From assembly GCF_001194135.2 (NCBI RefSeq), contig NC_068984.1, forward strand, positions 127,519,683 to 127,583,682: 64,000 nt of DNA, read 5' to 3'. Shown piece by piece: positions 48,803 to 60,699 of the stretch (positions within the stretch are counted from its first letter, which is position 1; every line of letters starts with the position of its first letter). A program made the translations under genes and the position numbers. This DNA comes from Octopus bimaculoides (taxonomy: Eukaryota). Under the pieces are notes generated by a model, which searched no databases, was not told the origin of the DNA, and saw only the letters and a list, made by a program, of their open reading frames with translations.

Positions 48803-51565
48803 TGGTAATATGATATGAAAGATCCTGGTATAGAAAGTTAGTAAGCTTCAAGAATGATGTACACACCTAGTATAAATAGCAAAAGATGGACAATATATGA
48901 TAAAGAGAATTTAATATTTGGTTGTAGAAGTAGTAGTACGATGTACCTCAGTTCATGTTCAACTATTTTATTAGTAAAATTATTCATTTTATGAGCAAGT
49001 ATGTTCTGCAAGCCAACTAGTTTTAAAAATTTTAGTTATTAATGAAACGTGACAACTGTTTGGCATTTTAAACCTTCAGCATTCAGATAACTTTGTCAAA
49101 TGTAATGCTCTTTTATTCACATTTCTTTCAATTAATCATGCATTACCTTGTAGCTTTGAGGTTTCAATGATATGATTGTTTATTTTTTGAATGACATTGT
49201 AAGATATGTGTGAGAAGCCAGTTCTAATTGATTTTACTATAAAACAGGTGGAATATTTTGGCTGGATATGGCTGGTTAAATGCTAAAATGTTAAAAGCCC
49301 ATCAAGACTCTTTGTGACCCCAGGTCTGCATAACAAGATTGCCACTCAGATAGTATGGGTCTTCAGTTCAAATAGGGTCACCATGGAGTTCTTTTAATGT
49401 ATGCTTCTAAATGCCTAATATTGTTTCGAATTTAGGTACAAAGCCAGCAATTGGGGAGGAGTTAGTTCATAACATGAAGCCCATGACTTGGCTGCTACTT
49501 TATTTTATTGATCCCCAGAAGAATGAAAAGCAAAGTTGACTTCAGCAGTATTTGAACTCAGAATGTAAAGAGTCAGGAGAAATACTGATAATCATTTTGT
49601 CTTAGGTGTTAAGGACTCTGCCAGCTCGCCTCCTTAGTTTCTAAATGCATATTAACAGCAACTCTGTCTTGATAAAACAAAGTTCAGGTTTCTAACATGG
49701 GTTCAGTGCTTCATAGGATATTTTCCCAGTTTTATATGTGCTGCTTGAAATTCTCTTTATAACTTCAGCTATTGTACTCTTTTATCAAAGTTGTAACAAC
49801 CAAAGTGTTGCAGAGTTTGCTATCCAGGAGAATTTACAAAAATATTCCTCAAGGTAAATAACTTAAATCTGAAACTTGAACTTTTAAGAATGCCTGCAAT
49901 TATTACATTTCTACTCTTTAGAAAGACTGGAACTCTAAGCCATTATGTATATCATATGTGAAAGATTCTGGTGATTCGTACTTAATTTTGGCATACAGGG
50001 AAAACAAACAGGAGAATTAAGTGTTATTCTCAGATTTCTAAAATTATCTTTTCATACTCTCACATCAGCAATTTACATACCATAAAATTTTAGAATTTCA
50101 AGGCTCAGAATTAAAAAGAAGATATTTGATAAGAAGTTCTAAGGCTTAGAAAAAAAGCCTTCTTATTGTTCTTTCCATTGTTTGTCCCAAAACAACTTTC
50201 TAAACCAGGGCGGAATGGCTACCACCGATCCCACAATTAACCATTGTTAAACATAGCAGAGAAACAACTACCAGATCAAATGCCAATACATAAGAGAGAC
50301 AAGTGGCATAGCTAATAGGGGAGCAAGAGGAAAGTCTGCTCCCACCAAACACATTTTTCAAAATTGGTGCCTTTACAAGATTTAAAAAAAGTTATTTAGT
50401 TCACTTGTGCAATAAAAATCAAATCTCTTTTATTTAGTTAATTGTATGGCCTTGAGAGAACTTTCTAGAATCATTACTTTATTTGACCAACATCCCATAT
50501 TTTTTAACTGTCTGCTCAATCTCTTGTGGTGTGCCTCATGGTTGCTGACATCTGAAGAATCAAAACAAACCCTGACTTCATAAACTATCGACACTGGACG
50601 ATCCCGTGCAGTTTCATCTTTTTCATGTCCCATCTATATTTCCTCATCAGTTGTAAGTTTCATATATAATGACATTGTTACTGAAACATGAAATTAATGA
50701 ATGTAGAATACATTTACGTATATCATGGCTATCGAAACATTTTACATAATATAAGAGAAGTAAGTTAAATATATATTTTGTGTGTGTGTGTGTGTGCCCA
50801 CTCCTCCTAACTTTAGAACCTGGAGACAGCTCTGAACAGAGACTACACAAAGACAAAACTGTAGATAGTGCTCTGGCATGATGTTAACACCTCCTCATCC
50901 GCGTCATTGTCATCACTATCACCACTGTCATCGTTTTAATAGTTACTTTCCCATGGGTCAGACGGATTTCATTGAGGCAGATTTTCTCCAAGCCAGAGCA
51001 CGTCTTGTCGCTAAACTTCCACCTGATTCCGAGCAAGATAATATTTTCTCATGGGTGGACATCTCTGCATGAAAGAATGGGAATAAACCACACAGCGCAC
51101 ATGTTGGTAACATTTGATGATTAGGTTATATCACAATTACACAATATGGAGATAAGGAGACAATGCACTCACTTACACACCCACCAATATGCTTCTTTCA
51201 GTTTCTGTCTACCAAACCTGCTCACAAAGCTATGATTAACCTGAGGATTTAGAACACTAGTTCAAGGTGAAATTCAGTAGGAGTTGAACTTGAAACGAAT
51301 GTGATTGGTAAACAAACTTCTTAACTACACAATCATGCCTGAGCCTATGATGGCAAAAACAAACTTGTTTAGTTATCTGTCACTTGTTATAACACTACCA
51401 CCTGGGTGCCTTTAAGAAAGTTTCCGCTGCTACAAGCATTTAGGGTAAATTTCTATTTTTATTTCATTATCTCTGCTGATAAAACGATAAAAAAATTTTT
51501 TTTAAATAAAGACCCCCTAGTTATCACAGTTATCTCCCCTATAATTAATAAGACATCAACTATGG

Positions 51566-51781
51566 GTTTCAAATTTTAGCACAAGGCCAGCAATTTCAGG
51601 AGGGTGTGTGTGTGTGGATAAATCGATTACATCGATTCCAGTGGTACTTGTTTTATCGATCTCGAAGAAATGACTGACAAAGTCGACGCCGGCTGAATTT
51701 GAACTTAGAACGTAAAGACGGACGAAACGTCACTAGGCATTTTGCCCCGCGTACTAACGATTCTGCCAGCTCGCCGCCTTA
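51566..51781 (-). mobile_element. Young SINE family C copy with a 14-bp TSD
   Basis: AAGACATCA(A/G)CTAT at 51550-51563 and 51782-51795; CpGs retained. Confidence 0.85.
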
Positions 51782-53607
51782 AAGACATCAGCTATCTTAG
51801 AAATGAATCTTATTATTTATTTTTACTTGTTTGAGGTACTGGGCTGCGGTATCAGTACCTATTTTGTTGTAAATCTGGTCATTAGTATATTGGCTCCAGT
51901 TGCCTGACCGCTAAGTTACGAGGACGTAAAGAAACCAGCACACGCTGTCAAACTGTTGTCAATTTGTTGTCGAGCTGTGGACTAACACACACACACACAC
52001 ACACAACACACCTTTTATCTTTCATTTGTTTCAGACATCTGACAGCGGCCATGCGGGAGCACCGCCTTGAAGGATTTTAGTCGAACTAATCGACCCTAGG
52101 ACTTATTTTTTAAAGCTTAGTACTTATTCTATTGGTCTCTTTTGCCGAACTGCTAAGATATGGGGACGTAAACACACCAATACTGGTTGTCAAGCGGTGG
52201 TAGGGGACAGACACATACACACGACGGGCTTCTTTCAGTTTCTGCTTCAACAGGCCTTGATCGTACCCGGATTTATTATAGAAAATACCTACCCAAGATG
52301 CCATGCAATGGGACTGAACCCGGAACCATGTGGTTGGGAAGCAAACTTCTTACCACAGTCACAATGTACTAGACTCATTGTTTGTTATTAAACCTCATTA
52401 CTTTATGAAAAACAAATGTCTAAACAACTCTATGAATAATATTAGTTATCATAATGGTAAATGTAAATGTATGAACTGTAAGCGTATAATAGAAGTTACA
52501 CCTTTCCGAAAATCACACTTCAAACTAGTGCAAGAAAAATCAATAATCACTACTCAACAGATGTCACCAAATCATACGTGTAAGTGGAAGAATAGACGCG
52601 ATGTCCTCCCCACCACCACCACCACCACCACCACCACTTTTATTTTCATTTCTTAAATACTCAAAGCTGCTTTCATTTTAATTATGTGCATCTTTGTCCA
52701 TTTATATAATTTTCTTTACCCTTTAGGTTTAATCTTTTATCTTTTACTTCTTGCAGTCGTTAGCCTGCGGCCATGCTGGGGCACTACCTTGAAGGGTTAG
52801 TCGAACAAATCGACAGAAAACCTAATTTTGTTACTTTATCTGTCTCTTTTTTGTTGAGAACGTTAGAATACGGAGACGAAAACAAACCAGCACCGGCTGT
52901 GATGGGGGAAAACACAACACACGTTCACTTGCATATACATACATAAATTATGCATACGTGTATAAGAAGGGATTCTTTCACTTTCCGTCGCCCAAATCCA
53001 CTCATAAAGCTTTGGTCGGTCCGGGGCTATAGCAGAAGACACTTATCCGATGTGCCGAACAGTGGAATTGAACCCAAGACCTCGTGGTTGGGAAGTAAGC
53101 TTCTCAACCACACAGACACCAGCGGCATCTTCTAAGTTTTATTTTTATTATGATTTTAAAATCTATGTTTCATATTATTCTCATATTTTACTCTGTATTT
53201 TAAGTACTTCTACCGATCTAGCCAAACAGATAAAATCCATTTATACTATAGGCTATGTTATTTCTTATTTTCTTTAAACAGAATGTTCTGGAAAACAGCT
53301 TATTTTAAAACACCAAACAAAAAAACTAACGATAACTCTTTATTGTCTAACTCCAAACTATAAAGTTTCTGAATGTAACAGTTGGCTGCATCTTGTCAAT
53401 CACCACTAACTGCACCTACCTCAAAGCACAGCATTTAAAATTTTTTTCATACATGTTAATCAAATAAAACATTTATCATTCTACCTTTGTATAATGGAGT
53501 GTGGTATTGGGCAAGGCCCATAACTCTGCATTTTTTGCCCGAAAAAAAAAATACAAATTAAAAATGCATCTTCACTTTTTTGCCATTTCATTATTTGCAA
53601 CAGAAAG

Positions 53608-53819
53608 AAGGCGGCGAACTGGAAAAATCGTTAGTGTGCCGGGCGAAATGCTTAGCGGTATTTCACCCGTCGCTACGTTCTGAATTCAAATTCCGCTAAG
53701 ATCGACTTTGCCTTTCATCCTTTCGGGGTCGATTAAATAAGTACCAGTTACGCACTGGAGTCGATGTAATCGATTTAATCCCCCTCCCCCAAGCTGCCCT
53801 TGTGGAAAAAAATTTGAAA
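53608..53819 (+). mobile_element. Young SINE family C copy with a 20-bp TSD
   Basis: TCATTATTTGCAACAGAAAG at 53588-53607 and 53820-53839; head GGCGGCGAACTGG...TGAATTCAAATTCC. Confidence 0.9.
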
Positions 53820-55054
53820 TCATTATTTGCAACAGAAAGTTTATTCGGTGGTCAAAAAGAAAAAAGAAAAAAAAAACTAACAATAATGGCATTCGTCTCC
53901 TGAGGCGTTAACTTAAAGGTTGCCCAAAAGTGCTAGAAATGGTAGCCCAAACCACCTCAAATCATACTTTACCGTATCAAATAACAATCCCAAACAGAAA
54001 AAAACAAAACATTGGATAATATAGTCCTAAGTATATACCATGACACACGGAATATCTTTAATCCTAAATATGCTTTATCAGAGCTGACCTGGGAATAAAC
54101 TGCAACTCTAAGTCATCCCACATGTTACCATATACTGTGTTTGTTATGCTAATATTTAGATACAGATCAATTGTTAGTTTGTTTTGACTTAGTATATTTC
54201 TCATCCAGTTACAAACACTAACAAGCCCTGTATTGATTGCCACATGTTCAAGTGTCAGTCGTTCTTTGTCCACCTCATTCTATATCATTCTGTTCAGTGA
54301 TCTTTAACAAGCAACCTTTCAAACAGATCACTCAGGTTGTATGAGGCTGGTAGTAGTAGTAGTGGTAGTGGTAGTGGTGGTGGTGGTGGTGGTGGTATGG
54401 CAAAGTTTCAGACAAAATGTCTTGGGGTATTAATTTATCTTTCACTTGTTTCACTCATTTGACCATGGTCATGCTGGAGGGCCTTGAAGGCTTTATTTGC
54501 ACAAATTACCCCTCCCCCCCTCCATCCCTGGTGCTTATTCTAGTGATTCTTTTTAACTGAGCTGCTGAGCTATGGGAGCGTAAACAAACCAATAATGGTT
54601 GGAGACAAGTACAAACACACACAGAGACAGATACATACATACATACACTCACATGCACACACTGGTTGTTGGATAAATTCATTTGTTTTCTATTGTAATT
54701 CTTTCCAATGTTTCTTTGAATTTACATGGAAAATATTTCCTCATAATGTTTTTATTTCTTGTAGTTCTATTCTTCCTCCAACAATTTTTGTTTATTGTGT
54801 TTGAAATTTTAATAAATTTTGTCTCGTTTCACACATTTAATGATGGAATGCCTTGTAGAAAAATAATGAACAAATTTATCTAACAACCCTAATATATGTA
54901 TATATATATATATAAAATAATATAAATAATATATATATGCATATATATACACACGTATATGTACATACATCTATATGTATATATATGCATATGTGCATAT
55001 ATATATATATATGCAATAGAGAGCAGTTGCCTTATTTCATTCCATATTAGCTCT

Positions 55055-55133
55055 CTCTGATGAGTGCGGGATTACATAATTGGATTGTTATTTAACACTC
55101 CGTTGAATTCCTAGCATGAAACCAATTGGTAAG
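55055..55133 (+). ncRNA. Hammerhead-core motif with a weak stem I
   Basis: CTGATGA(55057-55063)-GTGC...GCAT-GAAA(55118-55121)-CCAATTG-GTA. Perfect palindrome ACCAATTGGT in stem III; only 2 bp of stem I remain. Confidence 0.45.
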
Positions 55134-55689
55134 TTTGGCCATAAAGTTGATATATATATATACAAAAACTCAACTGTGAGTATTTTGCTAAGATTGTTAA
55201 CAGATACTATATTCTTTTGCCAAAACAGGAAGTGTCTTACACACACTTCCTGTTTTGACACCATACTTCCCGCTTAATACAAACTTTTAGCCCCTTTTCT
55301 CTATTTTTAAACCTAACACAACTCTCAATTCTCATGCATCCTTAATTTTCCAACCATTATATACATGAATTACCATTGAACTTNNNNNNNNNNTGTTTAT
55401 TTTTTTATATATTATTTTCTTCATTTTGTACTTCTTTGTAAAAAAACATTTTCATTCTCCCTCTTCTTGAAAATTTGCTATGCAATGAAAGCCGGTTAGA
55501 AATCTTTATTAAAATATGCTTCCAGTTTAGCATTCTGCCTTATTATTATTTTTCATTTTCCTATTATTTCTCCACGTGCGGTTAACACAACCCCACTATT
55601 TACTAACTTATATATATATATATATATATATATAGAACAATTCCACCAAAAATATTTTAAACATTAAATGAAGTTCTTTTACTCCAAAC

Positions 55690-56355
55690 ACAGATGTCCT
55701 TGTGCCTGCAGGCATCACCTCAATTAAAGCAATGACTATGAAAAACCAAATGAGATGGTATGGTCATATTGTTTAAACGGCAGATGAACGCACATCCAAA
55801 CACCTCTTTTATGATGATCTTGCAGAGGGGAAACACTATCAGTGTCAACCTAAAATAAGGTTTAAAGACGCCACATGGACTACCATGAAGTCACTTGGAA
55901 TGGATCCAGAGGACATAGAAACCCTTGCTTCGGATTGAGCTGGATGGCAAACAAAAGTGTGGAGTGGAGTGAAAGCGTTTGAAGAGGCCAGGATAGCGAA
56001 TGCAAGACTCAAGTGAGATTTAAAGAAGAATATTATGATTGAGAAGGTGAATCACAATGACCTTTTTGTGTGTATAGTTTGTGACAGAATATGCCTTTCC
56101 GTTTTTGTTGGGCTTAAATCTCATTTGCGAACCCATGGAAAATGAACCTCCACCAACTGTTCTACCTATATGTCTGTGCACATCTTTCAATGCCATGTAT
56201 GCTATAAGGTCTGCAAATCCAATGGAGGCCTCAAAAGACATTTTAAGATCCACAAAGATCAGAACTTAACTGCAGGTCTTGGTGGTCCAAATCAGATATC
56301 CAATCTATGTGGGTGTCTTTTCAAAACATTGTCTGGTTTAAGACGCCATGATTGA
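55690..56355 (+). mobile_element. RTE (BovB-like) LINE C-terminal fragment with three C2H2 zinc-finger motifs, inactivated by stops
   Basis: One frame with 4 in-frame stops: ...QMRWYGHIV*..DERTSKHLFYDDLAEGKH..QPKIRFKD...D*AGW...FVCIVCDRICLSVFVGLKSHLRTH...FQCHVCYKVCKSNGGLKRHFKIH...SNLCGCLFKTLSGLRRHD*. Confidence 0.85.
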
Positions 56356-56689
56356 CTAAGGTGTAGGTACAGAAGGTGGTCGAACTCTGCACAAGGAGTA
56401 GACAACCACCATATATGATGGAGAACAACACAGGGGAGAGAATGTAGAGAGGTGGTGATTGGTGAAGACAGTAGGCAGGGGAAAATAATGGTAAATGGAA
56501 GTGGTTCAGGGTGGTGAAGGAGATAACTGAGAAAGTAGGAGGATTGTGGTATGTGCCTATTCTGCTCCCAGGTGATAGAGAAGTGATGGGTGTTAGGGGA
56601 TGGGAAGTTTGGGGGAAATGGTTGACAGGGACAGAGAGGATGCAGGTGGGTGTGTGGAAGAGCCCCTCACAGATAAGCATTTACCAAGG

Positions 56690-58400
56690 TGGTAAATTCT
56701 GCTGTGGTGAACAGATCTTCTTGAGTACAGCAAAGCATCAGATAACTTGGTCTTTTGTCATCTCGTTCGTAAGGCTCAATATCTTGAGATTGACCTTTAG
56801 TACTTTGTCTCATGTTTTTCTGGATCTCTCTATTCCATCCACTTTAAGTGATCAGCAATACTTTATGCAACTGCCCACATCCATACATATCGCATGATCA
56901 AACCAATGCAATATTCTCTCTTGTCCTGTGCATCTAATTCCATTTATGCCTAACTTTTCACTTAATACATTAGTGTTCTGTTGCACATGTACACTGACAT
57001 TGCACATCCAGTGGAGCATACTAGCTTCATACCTCTCTAGTCTTTGCATGTTCTCTGCATTCAGGGCCCAAGTCTCACTACCATGTAGCATTATTGTTTG
57101 TACAAATGTATAATACAATCTTACTTTTACTCAGAAATGCTCTCTGAATTTTCCCCATCCTATTCTTATTTTAGCAATTACACTTTTCATACATCCTCTC
57201 CCACTGCTAATTAGGCCCCCTAGGTAGCAGAAATTATCCACTACCTATCTCTAAAAAGCCTCAGGAGAAAATTAATTTCCTGTGTAACTGTAGTCTTTAT
57301 AGCTTCTGTGCATCTTCCACATACAAACACTGCTCACTCTAATAACCTTCCTATTATTCCACTGCACCTTTTGTATGTCTACAGCTTGCACTTGGTACAC
57401 TGTATGGAACTGCTGCCTACACATTTCTTACTAGAACCTTAGTTTACTAAGTTAATCTTAAGGTACTTTGATTCCAGGTTTTGCTTCCACACCTGGAGTT
57501 TCGTTTTTAGTTCTGTTATAGAATCTGCTATGACAGCAAGATCATTAACATATAGCAGTTCCCAGGGGCAGCCAGTCTTGAGTTCTTCTGTTATGGACCT
57601 GAGGACAATGATAAATAGAATGGGGCTAAAAACCAAACCTTAATGAACACTCACCTGTACGCTAAATTCATCACTGAATTCATGATTAACTCTCACCTTA
57701 TTAACAGAACCTCTGTTTATGGCTTTTACAGCTTTCACAAGCCACTCTTCTACCTCTACATTCCTCAGAGCCCACCATATTACACAGTGGAATATTCTGT
57801 CTAAATCAACAAATGCCAAGTACAATGGTTTATTCATAGCCAAATACTTCTGCAATTGTCTGACTATAAAGATGGCATCAGTAGTGCTTCTCTCCAGCAT
57901 GAAGCCAAACTGCATTTCATCTAATCTGATTGTTCCTTATTGATTCGGCCAAGACTATTTATGTAAGTTTCATGACCAAGTCCAGCAGTCTGATGCCTCA
58001 TAATTACTTCTAAGGTATCACTTGTAGTAGCTGACTATAATGCTGCTGCACCAGTCATTGGGGATGACACCTTCCTGAATAACCTGATTAATTATATGGG
58101 TAATTAGATTGTATCCATCTCTAACAAATATTTTAAGCATATCAGCAATGGATCTGGGAGCTTTCCTTGTCTTCATATCCTTAATTACCTTATCTATCAT
58201 ACCACTGTCAACATGAATGGCCAGTCCCTATGTTGGGTTCAGATAGGGGAGATTCCCTATCTTTCATTCATTCTCTACATTTAATAGCCTTTTGTCGTAG
58301 CACTTCCATGCATCTTTCTTTTCAGAATCAGAATAAAAGCATACCATTATTCATCTGTACAGACTTCTCTTTGATACATTGTCTAGCAATCTGGAATACC
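56690..58400 (-). mobile_element. Decayed RTE-LINE RT domain and C-terminus
   Basis: ORF-track fragments QFGFMLERSTTDAIFIVRQLQKY...YLAFVDL, FSPILFIIVL...CPWELLYVNDLAVIAD and MLHGSETWAL...LHWFDHAICMD. Confidence 0.92.
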
Positions 58401-58985
58401 TCAAATTTTCATTTCTACAAGAACACAATACATCGCCCAGTCCAGGAATTGAAACCACAATATTACTATCATGAGTGCAACACCTCAACCATGTGCCTCC
58501 ACATACATGTATCATCCAGAGATTTTAAACCTAGAAAATTTTGTGCTAAATTGTCTTAAAGCAAGGTCATGCCAGGAATACTTCTGAACATAGGCCTGCT
58601 GGATCAATATAAGTTATTAAATTACAAGTCATGTTCATTAAAAAAATTTACTACAAAATCTGCATCTGCTGTTCTTTGGCTATATTGTCAGAATATATTA
58701 GTNNNNNNNNNNNNNNNNNNNNNNNNNGGGGGGAGGAAAGAAAAGATATATTCCCATTGCTTGTAATGTTACGAAGGGAGGTAAGTAGTTTCCTTGCCTT
58801 GAGTTATAGTGTATGAATGCAAAAGCAAAAAAAAAAAAAAACCCAATAGAAATAAATATTTGGGGAAAAAAAACTCCTTTAAGTAATGGCCAGTGACTAA
58901 AATGAGGTCAACCATATGCTTTACAAAATGTTTTTTGAAGTTGAGGGAGTGGTGGATTGAAAAAGGAGTAGACAAATTACCATGT

Positions 58986-59185
58986 TTAACCCTTTTGTTA
59001 CCATATTTCTGTTGAAATAAACTACTTTTGCTTCAATTAATTTTGTCATTATTAAGCTACTGTTTGGAAAATAAATTAACATGGAATTTTGATGGAAGGG
59101 TTTTGATTTATATCAATTTAAGCATTAAATTTATTTTACATAGAACCAGGGATAGTCTTGGTTGGGTTGATATGTAAAGGATAAA
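58986..59185. mobile_element. Second TTAA-CCCTTT-ended MITE-like element, decayed
   Basis: Left end TTAACCCTTTTGTTACC; degenerate right end ...ATGTAAAGGATAA. Confidence 0.4.
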
Positions 59186-60097
59186 TATACTTTCAAATTT
59201 TGGCACAAGGCCAACAATTCTGGGAGAGGGGACTAATCGATTATATACATCAACCGCAGTGCTCAACTAGTACCTATTTTACTGACCCTGAGAAGATAAA
59301 GAGCTAAGTCAACCTTGGTTGAATTTGAACTCAGAACATAAAGACGGAAGAAATGCTGCTAAGTATTTTGCCTGACATGCTAACAATTCTACTGGCTTGC
59401 TGCCTTTGTAAAGGATTAATATAATCAAGATTTTAACCTTGTCCAATACCTGAGTGAAAAAAAAAAAAGTTACATGAATGTAAACTATTTTGTCTTCTCT
59501 ATAATATTGGGGAGGTGGAAGGGAAAAATTTCAATAAAATATTTTTTTTTAGTTAAGTCCTGATATTTGTTAATTTGAGAAGAACTGCACTGTAAGGTTA
59601 TAAAAGATTTGGTTCATTGCAGTTGTCTCAATATCTACCTTTGTAACTAGAAAATAATATTAATGATGTAAGATAATCTTTAAAATGATGGATAAATTGT
59701 TGGTTATAAATTTTGGCAAAAAGTCAGCAGGTTTGTGGGGAGGAGCTAAGTTGAATAAATCGCCCCGTGTTCAACTGGTACTTACTTTATTGATCCCTGA
59801 AAGGCTGAAAGGCAAAGTTGACCTTGGTGGAATTTGAACTCAGAACATAAAGATGTACAAAATGCCACTAAGCATTTAGCCCAGCATGCTAATGATTATT
59901 AGCTCGCCACCTTAATGATGGATAAGATATTGACAATAAAGATGAAAGAGCAAAGAGAGCGAGTTGAAGTTATTTCATTGAGCTAAAGCTGTCTTAGATA
60001 GTACCAGAGCTCTTATCAATGGGTCTCTGCTATATGACTTCTTATTGTTAATAAAAATTGGCGGCTTTAAATAAATTTACAAGTCAGAAATGTGTAA

Positions 60098-60308
60098 TTA
60101 AGCCTTTAGCATTCAGATTACTCTGTCAAGTTTGATATTTATTTATTCACATTGTTTTGAATTAATCATGCATTATCATGTAACTGGAGGTTTTGATAGT
60201 GTGATAGTTCATTTTTAGAATGACATTCTAGAGTATGTGTAAGAGGCCAGATTGTGAGTTTGAATATGAAACAGCTGGATATGGCCAGTTTAAATGCTAA
60301 ACAGTTAA
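60098..60308. mobile_element. piggyBac-type MITE just downstream of the PSMA5 3' end
   Basis: TTAAGCCTTTAGCATT ... AATGCTAAACAGTTAA. Confidence 0.7.
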
Positions 60309-60447
60309 AGCAATGAGAATGATAAAGATGATGAAGGTGACTAAGAACAGCAACTACAAAAAACATATCAAGAAATTTATTCATACAAATTTGTCTAGGT
60401 GATGAAGGAAAAAAAAAAAAAAAAAATTTTAAATGACAATTTTTTTT

Positions 60448-60453
60448 TTTATT
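60448..60453 (-). terminator. Candidate PSMA5 polyadenylation signal AATAAA
   Basis: AATAAA about 170 nt 3' of the stop, followed by a U-rich tract. A second AATAAA lies at 60611-60606, just after the stop. Confidence 0.5.
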
Positions 60454-60621
60454 GAAAGAAAAGAAGCCTGACTGTGATAGGAGCGATACATACTGCATTG
60501 CCTTGCAAAAACAGGGATGAGCAGAGCAAGCAGTGAAAGAAACTGTTCTGGTCATCAGGATTCCATGAAAACAAATTCTGAATTAAAATGTACATTGATA
60601 GAGGTTTTATTTTCTGCCTTT

Positions 60622-60699
60622 TTAAATTTCCTCAATAATTGTTTTGAGATCTTCTTTGGAAAACATTTGGAAGTTTTTCTCCCGCGTCACAGTTGCCAT
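60622..60699 (-). CDS. PSMA5: Proteasome subunit alpha type-5, last coding exon (78 nt incl. TAA): MATVTREKNFQMFSKEDLKTIIEEI*
   Basis: Matches the PSMA5 C-terminus [25 protein letters not shown]. tctcattacag| acceptor; TAA at 60624-60622. Confidence 0.95.
   Translation of the reverse strand: MATVTREKNFQMFSKEDLKTIIEEI

Noticed and set aside
50430-50633. 67-aa minus-strand ORF with possible splice sites
   Set aside because: No recognisable family; cannot be linked to either gene.
50590-50655. Minus-strand CTGATGA...GAAAC
   Set aside because: No stem II or stem I pairing; likely chance.
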